Assembly (NCBI GenBank): GCA_030432235.1
Contig: JAUIHT010000002.1
Coordinates: forward strand, 249,136-313,135
Reading direction: 5' to 3'
DNA length: 64,000 bases
From: Verrucomicrobiia bacterium
Lineage (GTDB): Bacteria > Verrucomicrobiota > Verrucomicrobiia > Opitutales > Cerasicoccaceae
Both the position numbers and the translations under genes were made by a program. Position 1 is the first letter of the stretch. Every line of letters starts with the position of its first letter. The notes under the pieces are model-generated. The model had not been told where the DNA came from. It worked only from the letters and a program-made list of their open reading frames with translations, and did not search any database. Below, one piece after another: positions 19,112 through 28,701 of this stretch.

Positions 19112-21517
19112 TCAGCTTCTAAGCGAGTAACCCGCCTGAACCATGCTCCGCTGGATTTTCTCGAAGGCGTCGTTAACCTCCTTGTCCTTCAGCGTGCGGT
19201 CGTCGGCGCGGAACTTGAGGCTGAGCGCGAGGCTCTTTTTGCCTTCCTCGAGCCCCTTGCCCTGGTAGACGTCGAAAACGCGCACGGCGTCCACCGAGAA
19301 CGCCTTGCCCACTACTTTGCGGGCGGCCTTGTCCAGGGCGGCACGCACAGCTTCGGCGGGCTCGGTGGCGTCGACAACGAGGGCGAGGTCGCGTTCGGTC
19401 CCTGGAAAGTCGCTGAAAGGCTGGAAGGCGGCGGGCTTCGACGCCCCACCCTTCAGGCGTTCGGGCGCAAAGACGATTTCGCCCGCCAACACGAGGCCAT
19501 CGAGGTCGTTGGCCTTGAGCAGGTCGATGGACAAGAGTCCGGCGGCGAGGCTGGCCTTGCCCGTGGCGGTAGCGGCATGACCGTTTTGCCAGAGCGACAG
19601 ACCGTCGGCCAGTTTCCAGCCCACGGCATTGGCGCCCAACAGGGCGGCAACTTCCTCGACGAGTGCCTTGGCGGCATAGAAGTCAGGCGCTTCGGGGGTC
19701 TTCCAGGCTCGCTCGGGCTCGTCCACGGCCAGAACGAAGGCGACCGAGGCCATCTCCTTGAGCGCCCCCTTCTCGGACTTGAAGACGCGGCCGGTCTCGA
19801 AGAAGCGGCGCGGGGCATTGCCGTGGGAGCGGTTCAGGCGCAGAGCGTTGAGCAGCCCCGGGATGAGCGAGGCGCGCAGGTGACTCATCTCGCTGGTCAG
19901 CGGATTGGCCAGCGACAGCACGCTCTCGGCCTCGGCGGATTCCCACTTCGTCAGCACGTCCCCATCCACCAGGCTGTAGTGGCAACACTCGTGATAACCC
20001 CGTGCGGAAAGCAGGTCCTGCGCACGGTGGTTGAAGGCGGCCAGCGGCGCGTCCTCGCGATGCAGGCCATGCACGGAGACGGCTGCGGCTGGGATGTTAG
20101 CCGTGCCGTTGACGCGTACGAACTCCTCGACCAAGTCGATGGGACGGTCCACCTCCGGTCGGAAGGACGGCACCGTGACGGTATACTCGCCCTCCGAGCC
20201 GCGTACGGTGAAGCCCAGGCGGGTGAAGACTTTGATGATGTCCTCATCGGAGGGACGGTAACCGCAGACCTCGCGCACGTAATCGCCGGTGATGGCGATT
20301 TCGCGATCGCCGCGCGGCGGCTCGCCATGGGTGATGCGCGCGCCGGTCAGTTCTCCCCCGGCCAAACTGAGGATAAGCTCGAGGGCACGGCGGCCCCACA
20401 GGTCCACCCCGGCTGGGTCGACATCGCGGGCAAAGCGGTAGGAGCTGTCCGTGGACAGGTTGAGCTTGCGCGCGGTACCGCGCACGGAGCCGGGCCGGAA
20501 CCACGCGCTCTCCAAAACGATATCCGTGGTGGCGTCGTCCACCTCGGCATCGAGGCTGCCCATGACCCCGGCCACGACCAGCGGGCGCTCGGCATCGGCG
20601 ATGACCATCATGCCGCTGTCCAGCGTACGCGCCTTCTCGTCGAGCGTGGTGATCTTCTCGCCGTCCGCCGCCTGTCGCACAATCAGCTTGCCGCCCTTGA
20701 TCTTCTTCGCGTCAAAAGCATGCAGGGGCTGACCGGTTTCCATCAGCACGTAGTTGGTGACGTCCACGACGTTGTTGATGGGACGCAAGCCGACTGCCTC
20801 GATGCGCTCCTTGAGCCAGGCCGGGCTCGGCGCGATTTTTACCCCGCGAATGCTCCAGGCGGTGTAGTACGGGCAGTCCGGCGTAGTCACCTCGACCGCG
20901 CTGATGAGTTGTTCGCCCTCGGGCGCGTAGCCCTCCACCGGAGGGAGCTTGACCGATAATCCGAAATACGCCGCCAAGTCACGAGCCACGCCGATGTGGC
21001 TGAGACAGTCGCCGCGGTTGGCCGTGAGCTCGATTTCGAAAACTGTATCGCCGCCGGAAAAGACCTCGTTGATGGGCATGCCGATCTCCGGGCGTTGCTC
21101 CAGGATGAGCAGGCCGCTGTGGTCGTCGCCCAGGCCAAGCTCCTTGGCCGAGCACATCATGCCGTGGCTCTCCACGCCGCGCAGCTTGCCGACCTTGATC
21201 TCGAAGTCCCCCGGCAGCACACAGCCCGGCAAAGCCACCAGAATGCGGTCGCCAACCTTGTAGTTGGTCGCCCCACAGACAATCTGACGCGGCTCTTCGT
21301 CTGGCGATGTTTTGACCATGCACACGCCGAGCCGGTCCGCATCCGGGTGCTGCTCGCGCGAGAGTACCTCGCCCACGACGAGATTCTGAAAAGGCGGCAG
21401 GCCGAGCTTTTCGACCTCCTCGACCTCCAGGCCGAGCATCGGCAGCACCTCGGCGACTTCCTCCGGGGTAGCAGTCAGCGGAACGTATTCCTTGAGCCAG
21501 TTGTAAGATATCTTCAT
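19112..21517 (-). CDS. pheT: phenylalanine--tRNA ligase beta subunit
   Basis: 801 aa. The tRNA-binding OB N-terminus, the B3/4 and B5 domains and the FDX-ACB C-terminal domain are recognisable. Confidence 0.95.
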   Translation of the reverse strand: MKISYNWLKEYVPLTATPEEVAEVLPMLGLEVEEVEKLGLPPFQNLVVGEVLSREQHPDADRLGVCMVKTSPDEEPRQIVCGATNYKVGDRILVALPGCVLPGDFEIKVGKLRGVESHGMMCSAKELGLGDDHSGLLILEQRPEIGMPINEVFSGGDTVFEIELTANRGDCLSHIGVARDLAAYFGLSVKLPPVEGYAPEGEQLISAVEVTTPDCPYYTAWSIRGVKIAPSPAWLKERIEAVGLRPINNVVDVTNYVLMETGQPLHAFDAKKIKGGKLIVRQAADGEKITTLDEKARTLDSGMMVIADAERPLVVAGVMGSLDAEVDDATTDIVLESAWFRPGSVRGTARKLNLSTDSSYRFARDVDPAGVDLWGRRALELILSLAGGELTGARITHGEPPRGDREIAITGDYVREVCGYRPSDEDIIKVFTRLGFTVRGSEGEYTVTVPSFRPEVDRPIDLVEEFVRVNGTANIPAAAVSVHGLHREDAPLAAFNHRAQDLLSARGYHECCHYSLVDGDVLTKWESAEAESVLSLANPLTSEMSHLRASLIPGLLNALRLNRSHGNAPRRFFETGRVFKSEKGALKEMASVAFVLAVDEPERAWKTPEAPDFYAAKALVEEVAALLGANAVGWKLADGLSLWQNGHAATATGKASLAAGLLSIDLLKANDLDGLVLAGEIVFAPERLKGGASKPAAFQPFSDFPGTERDLALVVDATEPAEAVRAALDKAARKVVGKAFSVDAVRVFDVYQGKGLEEGKKSLALSLKFRADDRTLKDKEVNDAFEKIQRSMVQAGYSLRS

Positions 21518-21525
21518 GGGAAAAT

Positions 21526-22194
21526 TTAATTTAGTGATTCATGCCATGCGAGTTGAGGAGCAAGTACTCCCGCAAGCGCATATTCGAAATGGATGACCCG
21601 ACGCTGGCCGACAGATACCGAGCGACTTGACGCATGTAAAATCAATGGCGACATCAAAAGCACATCGCCAGCATGACACTCACACACGGTTTCCTGCCCT
21701 GCGCTGTACCGCTGCAAAGCATTGGAAGGTATCTTCCCGAGTCGTGAAGATTGCGGAATGACACGCAACGCACCATTTTGAGCCGGAGTATCGTCCAAGT
21801 GAATACGCACGGTAATCATGGACTCCAGCAACGACTGCGGCGGCTGGACGTGAACCACCTCATCCTTAATCGACCAGGGTCCATAACCATCGACCTCGCA
21901 TTGTGCCTCCACGGCAATGGTCAAATCCTGATGCCAGGCAACAGGCCAGTTTTGCTCCTTCGTCTTGTTAAAAAGAATGCTGCGAACGGGCGCATAACCG
22001 GTAGGCAGCAAATCCAACAATTTTGCCGAGTTCGCGAGCTTATCCAGCATCTCCGACTTACTGCGGAGATGCCGCACACAGGCCTCTCCTGCTTCGTTTG
22101 CGATTCTATCGACCTCTATGCGCAGCGCCTCGATTTCATCTCCGCTAAATACCGCAGAGATGATCTCAAAGCCTTCTGATTGAAGCAGAGTCAT
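21526..22194 (-). CDS. phytanoyl-CoA dioxygenase (PhyH) family 2OG-Fe(II) oxygenase
   Basis: 222 aa. The HxD...H facial triad in the WHQDLTIAV ... HAGDVLLMSPLILHAS context is typical of the PhyH family. It lies between pheS and pheT. Confidence 0.7.
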   Translation of the reverse strand: MTLLQSEGFEIISAVFSGDEIEALRIEVDRIANEAGEACVRHLRSKSEMLDKLANSAKLLDLLPTGYAPVRSILFNKTKEQNWPVAWHQDLTIAVEAQCEVDGYGPWSIKDEVVHVQPPQSLLESMITVRIHLDDTPAQNGALRVIPQSSRLGKIPSNALQRYSAGQETVCECHAGDVLLMSPLILHASSRSVSVGQRRVIHFEYALAGVLAPQLAWHESLN

Positions 22195-22227
22195 CCTTAC
22201 TCCTTATTCCTTATTCCTTACTTCTTC

Positions 22228-23283
22228 CTAAGCGACGAATTGTCGCAAGAAGCGCAGGTCGTTTTGGTAAAAGTGACGGATGTCGTCGATGCCGTGGAGA
22301 ATCATCGCTATGCGCTCGACGCCCATGCCGAAGGCGTAACCCGTCCACTCTTCCGAGTCGTAGCCGACGGATTTAAACACCTCGGGGTCGACCATGCCAC
22401 AGCCCATGATTTCGATCCACTTGTTGGACAGCTTGCCGAGGTTGGCGGAGCGGATATCCATCTCGAAGGACGGCTCGGTGAAGGGGAAGAAGCTGGGGCG
22501 CAGTCGGGTCTCGACGCTGTCGCCGAATATTTCGTGCACGAAGTGATCGAGCACCGCTTTGAGGTCGACGACCGACACGCCCTTGTCCACGCAGAGCCCT
22601 TCGAGCTGGTGGAAGTTGGCGCTGTGGGTGGCATCGACGGTGTCGCGGCGGAAAACGCGGCCCGGGGCGACGATGCGCAGGGGCGGCTGCTCGGCCAGCA
22701 TGGTACGGATTTGCACGCTGCTGGTGTGAGTGCGCAGCAGGTAGGCCTCCGACTCGGCGTCCTTACCATGGCGGGAAACATTGCCGACCTTGGTCTCGGG
22801 CTTGATAAAAAGCGTATCCTGAGCATCACGCGCCGGGTGATCGGCGGGGGTGTTGAGCGCGTCGAAGCAGAACCACTCCGTCTCCACCTCGGGGCCCTCG
22901 GCCACGGTGAAGCCCACGCGGCGGAAGATATCCACGAGCTTGCGGCGGGTCTGCGTGAGCGGATGCAGACCGCCCTGGAGAGTGTCCGGGCTCGGCAAGC
23001 TGGGGTCGATGGGCGGTCCGAGACGACTGGCGACCTCGGCGGCCTCAATGCGGGCCAGGGCATCAGTGTAGTGTGCCTCGATCTGGGTCTTGGTCTCGTT
23101 GACCAGCTTGCCGACGGCGGGCTTGTCCTCCTTGGGCACGTCCTTCATGCCCTTCATGGCAGCGGTCAGCTTGCCGTTGGGCCCGGATATGGTGGCCTTG
23201 AAGGCCTCGAACTCGGGACGCGTCGCGATGCCGCCGATGGCGCTTTCAACTTCGGAAAGAATGGCTTGAAGGGTTTCTTTCAT
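22228..23283 (-). CDS. pheS: phenylalanine--tRNA ligase alpha subunit
   Basis: 351 aa. Class II motifs 2 and 3 (FRRDTVDATHSANFHQLEG, GYAFGMGVERIAM). Confidence 0.95.
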   Translation of the reverse strand: MKETLQAILSEVESAIGGIATRPEFEAFKATISGPNGKLTAAMKGMKDVPKEDKPAVGKLVNETKTQIEAHYTDALARIEAAEVASRLGPPIDPSLPSPDTLQGGLHPLTQTRRKLVDIFRRVGFTVAEGPEVETEWFCFDALNTPADHPARDAQDTLFIKPETKVGNVSRHGKDAESEAYLLRTHTSSVQIRTMLAEQPPLRIVAPGRVFRRDTVDATHSANFHQLEGLCVDKGVSVVDLKAVLDHFVHEIFGDSVETRLRPSFFPFTEPSFEMDIRSANLGKLSNKWIEIMGCGMVDPEVFKSVGYDSEEWTGYAFGMGVERIAMILHGIDDIRHFYQNDLRFLRQFVA

Positions 23284-23300
23284 GGGAGGTTTTTATTTAT

Positions 23301-23329
23301 CCGCAGATTTACGCAGATGAGCGCAGATT
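23301..23329. repeat. three direct CGCAGAT heptamers, 10-bp spacing
   Basis: CCGCAGATTTACGCAGATGAGCGCAGATTG, located between the pheS start and the stop of the 143-aa gene. Confidence 0.6.
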
Positions 23330-23333
23330 GTAT

Positions 23334-23765
23334 TCAAAAGTCAGGTATTATTTTAACAGGATAAGATTCTAATAACTCAACCAAAGTGACTTCATTTTTA
23401 TCTACGATAAGGAAAACAGTCTCTTTATTGGTGTTCGTTAAGAATAGTAGAGTAACCCACTCTCTCTTTTGGGGTTCTGAACTAGAAACAAAAGGATCAT
23501 CAGACTCGACCGTACCCAATGAACAAAAAATTCGAGCGGAATCCAAAGGGTCTCTGGCAATTGGTTCGTCGCTCACCAGCAAGAATACTTCATTGGGCTT
23601 ATCAGTCCAAACAATAGAAATCCCAAGTGAGTTCTTTTCTTTATCTAACTCTAGTTCGATTATTTTAATGCTATCGCCCAAAGGCTTATCAGCACACAGA
23701 TATGCAGGCATGCTACATAGCAGCGATAAAAGCACTGCCTTAAATCTGCGGAAATCTGCGTTCAT
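23334..23765 (-). CDS. hypothetical secreted protein or lipoprotein, low GC, inserted between rplT and pheS
   Basis: 143 aa. N-terminus MNADFRRFKAVLLSLLCSMPAYLCADK is signal-peptide-like. The first 9 codons are encoded by the 23744..23771 heptamer array. The gene is flanked by inverted CGCAGAT arrays. Confidence 0.4.
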   Translation of the reverse strand: MNADFRRFKAVLLSLLCSMPAYLCADKPLGDSIKIIELELDKEKNSLGISIVWTDKPNEVFLLVSDEPIARDPLDSARIFCSLGTVESDDPFVSSSEPQKREWVTLLFLTNTNKETVFLIVDKNEVTLVELLESYPVKIIPDF

Positions 23766-23771
23766 CTGCGG
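23744..23771. repeat. three ATCTGCG heptamers (inverse of CGCAGAT), 10-11 bp spacing
   Basis: AATCTGCGGAAATCTGCGTTCATCTGCGG. Inverted relative to the 23301..23329 array, so the two arrays bracket the 143-aa gene. Confidence 0.6.
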
Positions 23772-23783
23772 CTAAAATTCACC

Positions 23784-23812
23784 AATAAAAAAGGCGGCCA
23801 GATTGGGCCGCC
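23784..23812 (-). terminator. rho-independent terminator after rplT (minus strand)
   Basis: GGCGGCC-agattg-GGCCGCC stem. On the minus strand it is followed by TTTTTTATT. Confidence 0.55.
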
Positions 23813-23844
23813 TTTCGGAGTGGGTCAAATGGATTGTCTCGGCT

Positions 23845-24204
23845 TTAGGCTTCGAGGGCGGCTTTGGCCTGGCCGACGAGCGCGGTAAAGGCGGCTTCGT
23901 CCGCGATGGCGAGCTCGCTGAGCTGCTTGCGGTCCATTTCAATACCGGCCTTCTTGAGGCCAGCCATGAAACGGCTGTAGGCCACGCCGTTGAGACGGCA
24001 GGCGGCGTTGATACGCACAATCCAAAGCTGGCGAAACTCGCCCTTCTTCTTGCGGCGGTCGCGGAAAGCGTAGTGCTCGGCGCGGTCGCGTGCGTCTTTG
24101 GCGTAACGATAGAGGCGGGACTTGTTCCCGAAGTAACCCTTGGTCGTCTTCAGCGTGCGCTTACGACGTGCCTTGGTGGCGGGTCCGTTGGTGGCTCTAG
24201 GCAT
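23845..24204 (-). CDS. rplT: 50S ribosomal protein L20
   Basis: 119 aa. RRKRTLKTTKGYFGNKSRLYRYAKDA...WIVRINAACR is canonical L20. Confidence 0.95.
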   Translation of the reverse strand: MPRATNGPATKARRKRTLKTTKGYFGNKSRLYRYAKDARDRAEHYAFRDRRKKKGEFRQLWIVRINAACRLNGVAYSRFMAGLKKAGIEMDRKQLSELAIADEAAFTALVGQAKAALEA

Positions 24205-24287
24205 GTTTTATGGTCTTTCTGTGTTTTGGGTGGGCGGCGAGGTCGCCTGTGGTTGTCACCAGCCGCCCGGGTTAATTGGATAAACGC

Positions 24288-24491
24288 TTAGAAGTGGTGC
24301 GGCATGGCCTCGCGGACCTGCCTGGAGAAGCCCTCGGAGACCTGCTGGTCCTGACCCGAACGACGCTTCTGCTTCACACTCTTCTTGCGCAACAGGTGAC
24401 GACGGTTTTGACTGCGGCGCATTACTTTGCCGGTACCGGTCACCTTGAAGCGTTTGGTGAATGATTTACGTGTTTTGGCTTTTGCCTTCAT
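24288..24491 (-). CDS. rpmI: 50S ribosomal protein L35
   Basis: 67 aa. [34 protein letters not shown] is canonical L35. No infC lies upstream in this window. Confidence 0.9.
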   Translation of the reverse strand: MKAKAKTRKSFTKRFKVTGTGKVMRRSQNRRHLLRKKSVKQKRRSGQDQQVSEGFSRQVREAMPHHF

Positions 24492-24678
24492 GGAAAAAGG
24501 GAGAAAAAAGCCTTTTTACGCCTGCCTGTCCAGTAAAATTTGGGTGGGGGCCATAAAAAATCTGCTTGCGGGCAGGCGCGGATTTCATTCGTTTTGGAGG
24601 TTTTAAAAGAGGTGAAACCCGCTGCCCCAAACCCGAATCCGCACGGGGGCACCTCCAAGATTAAATCCCTTTTCAGCT

Positions 24679-25419
24679 ATGTCAGGACATTCCAAATGGG
24701 CCACCATCAAACGCCACAAGGGCGCCATCGACGCCAAGCGTGGTAAAATCTTCAGCGTCATCTCCAAGGAGCTGACCATCGCGGCCAAGAACGGCGGCGG
24801 CGACCCGAACTTCAACCCCAGCCTACGCATGGTCATTGCCAAGGCCAAGCAGAACAACATGCCCTCGGACAACGTCGAGAAGGCCATCAAAAAGGGTACG
24901 GGCGAGCTGGAAGGCGTATCCTACGAGGAGCTGGTCTACGAGGGCTACGCCCCTGGCGGCGTGGGCGTCATCGTGGAAGTGACCACGGACAACAAGAACC
25001 GCAGCGCCTCGGAGGTCCGCAGCACCTTCACCAAGTGCAACGGCAACCTCGCCGGGGCCGGGGCCTTGGCCTTCAATTTCCAGCGCAAGGGCCAGTTCAT
25101 CATTTCCGCCGACAAGACCGACGAGGACACCCTCATGGAGGTTGCCATTGAGGCCGGCGCGGAGGACATCAAGAACAACGACGACCACTTCGAAGTGCTC
25201 TGTGAGATGGAAGCCTACAACGACCTCGGCGCCGCCCTGCAGGAAAAGGGCATCGAAACCGAGTCCGCCGAAATCGCCTACATCCCCAACAACCTCGTTC
25301 CCGTGACCGACCCAGACGTGGTCAAGCAGGTGCTCAAGCTGACCGAGACCCTCGACGAACTCGACGACGTCAAGGCGGTCTGGAGCAATTACGATATTGC
25401 TGACGAACTGCTGGGCTAA
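24679..25419 (+). CDS. yebC: YebC/PmpR-family DNA-binding transcriptional regulator
   Basis: 246 aa. MSGHSKWATIKRHKGAIDAKRGKIFSV is the family N-terminus. Confidence 0.9.
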   Translation: MSGHSKWATIKRHKGAIDAKRGKIFSVISKELTIAAKNGGGDPNFNPSLRMVIAKAKQNNMPSDNVEKAIKKGTGELEGVSYEELVYEGYAPGGVGVIVEVTTDNKNRSASEVRSTFTKCNGNLAGAGALAFNFQRKGQFIISADKTDEDTLMEVAIEAGAEDIKNNDDHFEVLCEMEAYNDLGAALQEKGIETESAEIAYIPNNLVPVTDPDVVKQVLKLTETLDELDDVKAVWSNYDIADELLG

Positions 25420-25445
25420 ACCCGCATACATTCTTTCCGAAAAGT

Positions 25446-25475
25446 GCGCCTCGGCTTCCGGGGCGCGCTTTTTTT
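25446..25475 (+). terminator. rho-independent terminator after yebC
   Basis: GCGCCTCGG-ctt-CCGGGGCGC 9-bp stem followed by a run of seven T. Confidence 0.6.
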
Positions 25476-25603
25476 GTGCCCCTATCCACGCTGCTCAACC
25501 GTCCGATGGATTAAAAACCTCAATACCCAGATAGGGAGTTGACCCTCCGCACTACAAGCCTATGAATATAGCTTATAGCTCACTATCAAGTTACTGCTAC
25601 ACT

Positions 25604-26371
25604 ATGGGTTACAAACACGCACTCCTCTTCGCTGGTGCCCTCGCCAGTGCCTCTATCACGCAATCCGCCATCGAAATCGGCTACGATACGGGTATCGGGG
25701 GCATCATCGACCCATTCACCTCAGCCTCCGAAAAGATATTTATCGTCCCTTTTCAATTTAATGGCAGTGGAACCTACACTCTGAACAGCATTGCCTTACT
25801 CCTCGACACTACAGGTGGCGCACAAACCGGCCTATCTGTCGGCGTAACAAATACTCTACCGACTAACAATAGCTTTAGCACAAGCATGACTTTTTCGACG
25901 GCGGATGCCGCAACCGGGATTCATAGCGTTAACTACAGTGCGGATGGAAGCTATGAGATAGACGCCAATACGCCCTACTACCTGGCCTTGTCTGGCTTTA
26001 ATAGTTCCCTCTCCTGGAAATCCGGTGTTGGCGTTCCAAATCTTGTGTCCACCAGTGAACTATCTCCGGTTACCGCACCACTCCTCTACAGTGATAGTAT
26101 GGATTTTAGACTCATAGCGAATGCAAGCAGCAGTGGCTCTACGAGCGGTTCTTCAAGCGGTAGCACGAGTGGTAGCACGAGTGGGGGTAATGGTGATAAA
26201 GTGGGGAATGGCACCTCTGACGGGGATTACAGCGGCGGCGTAGGTGGCTTTTCCATAACCGCAACAGCCATTCCGGAGACTTCCACGATCGTAGCCAGCA
26301 TGGGCGGCATCGCCCTGCTCGTGGGGCTGGTCAGCCGCTCACGCCGCAAGCGTCAGCAGGCCGCGGAATAA
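25604..26371 (+). CDS. secreted protein with Ser/Gly/Thr repeat and PEP-CTERM-like C-terminus
   Basis: Signal peptide from MGYKHALLFAGALASAS. SSSGSTSGSSSGSTSGSTSG linker. C-terminal IPETS motif, then TM, then RSRRKRQQ tail, resembling the PEP-CTERM sorting signal. Confidence 0.55.
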   Translation: MGYKHALLFAGALASASITQSAIEIGYDTGIGGIIDPFTSASEKIFIVPFQFNGSGTYTLNSIALLLDTTGGAQTGLSVGVTNTLPTNNSFSTSMTFSTADAATGIHSVNYSADGSYEIDANTPYYLALSGFNSSLSWKSGVGVPNLVSTSELSPVTAPLLYSDSMDFRLIANASSSGSTSGSSSGSTSGSTSGGNGDKVGNGTSDGDYSGGVGGFSITATAIPETSTIVASMGGIALLVGLVSRSRRKRQQAAE

Positions 26372-26408
26372 GTTGCCTCAAGGGCATCCGCGCCCGAATG
26401 TCATTTGC

Positions 26409-27782
26409 ATGGGTGTGGCCAAATACCTCCGACAGGCCCGGCAGTGGCCGGAGTGGTGGGTCATCCTGGTCACGCTGGGATTTGCCGCCTACTATGGCCT
26501 GACCCACAGCCTGGAGGTGCTCCCGCTGGACGACATGTTCTACTACCAGTTGTCGAGCTACTTCGCCTCGTTTGTCGTCCTGCTGGCCAGCCTGGCTTTT
26601 GCCGCCGATGCCTTGCGCTCCCTTGAGCGTAAGGATCGCACCGTAGCCATTGCCGCATTCGTGCTTCTATGCGGGGCAGGTGTCTCCTGGCTGGTGCAGA
26701 CCTACAATCCGCCCCACTCCTACTGGTTCGGACGTCTGGTGGAAGCAGCTGCCCTTACCTCGGTCATCGCAATAACACTGGTGGTCCTGTACCTACACTC
26801 TTCAGGTGCGCTCAGCTGGCAGCGCTTTTCGGGTGTCACAGCTCGTTTCATCGCACTCTGGGGGCCGCTCGGGCTCTATCTGGTGGCCGGTGGTTTTTGC
26901 CTCACCTGGATGATGCAGAGCCTGAGTACGCTCTGGGATCCGGTCCTGATGCGCATGGACCTCTCCTTCGGCGGCATCCCTGCGCGGAGCGCTTTCCTGT
27001 TCGGCTACGGCAGCGACTGGATGGAATCCATCAATGACTTCGGCTATCCAATGCTCGGCCTGACCATCGCCCTGCCTGCGTTTTGCCTCTACGCATCGGC
27101 AAACTACGCCCAGGCAAGACGCTGCCTGATGGGACTGGTGCTGGTGGCTTGCCTGGGGCTGGCAAGCTACACTCTCGTGCCAGCCGTCGGCCCGCTGTAC
27201 GCTTACAAACCTATACTGGCCGCAAAGGCTATCCCGCAAAACGACATCCCACTGGACAATGCCACGATTGCCATCATGGAGGGGCCGGAGACCATCGAGG
27301 GGTACCACGATCAAACGCGCAACGTATTCCCGTCGCTGCACACCGCCTTCTCTCTCATGGCCCTGACAGCCGCGTGGTTCTGGCGGCGGTGGCTCTTCTG
27401 GCTCTGCCTGCCTCTGGGGATTATCCAAATCCTGACCGCCGTCACGACCGGCTACCACTACGTCGTGGATATCATCGCGGCCTTCCCTTTTACCGCGCTA
27501 TGCTGGTGGCTGGCCAACGTCCTGATGCCAGCAAAAGGGGGCGCCGGCTATGTCTTCGCCATCACGCATCAGAGGGCCAGCTTGGTCAAAAAAGTCTTTG
27601 GCGGGTCGCTCCTTCTGAGTGGACTACTCCTTTGGATATGGGCCGGGCTCGCGCCGATAAGCCCAATCCCCGCCTGGGGGTTTACCTTGATTATCATGGT
27701 GCCGCCCTGCGTTGCCTCCCTGCTGCTGACGCACCACCTGGAACCAGGTTCAGCGGCGAGCGCCCAAGCTCAGGCTTCCTGA
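26409..27782 (+). CDS. polytopic membrane protein with partial PAP2-like motifs
   Basis: About 457 aa with more than 10 TMs. PSLHTA (motif 2, PSGH-like) and HYVVD (motif 3, HxxxD) are present. The first PAP2 motif was not found. Confidence 0.45.
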   Translation: MGVAKYLRQARQWPEWWVILVTLGFAAYYGLTHSLEVLPLDDMFYYQLSSYFASFVVLLASLAFAADALRSLERKDRTVAIAAFVLLCGAGVSWLVQTYNPPHSYWFGRLVEAAALTSVIAITLVVLYLHSSGALSWQRFSGVTARFIALWGPLGLYLVAGGFCLTWMMQSLSTLWDPVLMRMDLSFGGIPARSAFLFGYGSDWMESINDFGYPMLGLTIALPAFCLYASANYAQARRCLMGLVLVACLGLASYTLVPAVGPLYAYKPILAAKAIPQNDIPLDNATIAIMEGPETIEGYHDQTRNVFPSLHTAFSLMALTAAWFWRRWLFWLCLPLGIIQILTAVTTGYHYVVDIIAAFPFTALCWWLANVLMPAKGGAGYVFAITHQRASLVKKVFGGSLLLSGLLLWIWAGLAPISPIPAWGFTLIIMVPPCVASLLLTHHLEPGSAASAQAQAS

Positions 27783-28654
27783 CCCGCCGCTTTGGTCAGG
27801 TAATCGGTCGGCGTGCAGTTGTAGTAGCGCTTGAAGCACGTGGCAAAATACTGCGAGCTGGGGAAGCCGAGCTCAAAGGCGATCTCAGTAATGGAGGCAC
27901 GCCCACGCTTCAAGGCCTCGCAGGCCAACTCCAGGCGGTGGCGGGTGAGATACTCCCGTGGCGGCACCCCAACCTCCTCCTTGAACCGTGCCTTGAAGCG
28001 CGGCTCGGAGAGCCCGGCGAGTTTGGCCATGGCCTCGTTGTTATAAGCCTCACTGGGATTTTCCGCGATAGCCCGCAGCACCTTCGTGATCGGGGAATAG
28101 CGCTGCGCGGAATGGGTTTGATCCGCGGCCCGGCTCACCAGCAGGAAGAAACGCAGCAAGTGGTTCTGCATGGCGGTTGCGCGTAGCGGCGCGGCCTTGT
28201 CGTGATAGATGCGGGTGAAGGCATCCAGCTCGTGCGACATTTCCCGGAGCCCGCGAAACTGCCTGTCGGGCAGGGAGAGCAGACGGTTCCAGAGACGCAC
28301 CGCCTCGGCGTTGGGCAGACCCCAAAAGCCCTGACCACCATGATCCGCTTTTAAGATCAGCCAATACAGCACGCCCTTCTCTTCCGGCTGGCCCGCGGTG
28401 CTGTGCACCTCATCAGGCCGAGTGATAAACACATCACCCCCGCGCAACCGATGGAGGTCACCATGGACCTGGTAAGTCTGATAGCCGCGCACCAGGTAGC
28501 AGATTTCAATCGCGCCCGGATGCTTGTGCAGCGACAGCGGGCGCTGGGCCGAGGCGTAATTGTAGCGCCCCACCATGGTCACCCCCCGCAGTAGCTCTCC
28601 ACGCGGCTGCATCAGGATACGCTGCTGCCGCAGGGGATCGGGGCGATGCGACAT
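27770..28654 (-). CDS. AraC-family transcriptional regulator (cupin sensor plus HTH)
   Basis: N-terminal cupin-like domain. C-terminal AraC HTH (MAKLAGLSEPRFKARFKEEVGVPPREYLTRHRLELACEALK). Divergent from the desaturase gene. Confidence 0.85.
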   Translation of the reverse strand: MSHRPDPLRQQRILMQPRGELLRGVTMVGRYNYASAQRPLSLHKHPGAIEICYLVRGYQTYQVHGDLHRLRGGDVFITRPDEVHSTAGQPEEKGVLYWLILKADHGGQGFWGLPNAEAVRLWNRLLSLPDRQFRGLREMSHELDAFTRIYHDKAAPLRATAMQNHLLRFFLLVSRAADQTHSAQRYSPITKVLRAIAENPSEAYNNEAMAKLAGLSEPRFKARFKEEVGVPPREYLTRHRLELACEALKRGRASITEIAFELGFPSSQYFATCFKRYYNCTPTDYLTKAAGQEA

Positions 28655-28701
28655 GTTTGAAAATGTATTGAAGGCTTTTCGCGGAAGTCAAACCCATAGA
28701 A

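Noticed and set aside
23805-24300. Plus-strand ORFs antisense to rplT and rpmI (23803..24291 and 24276..24464).
   Set aside because: The ribosomal protein identities on the minus strand are unambiguous.
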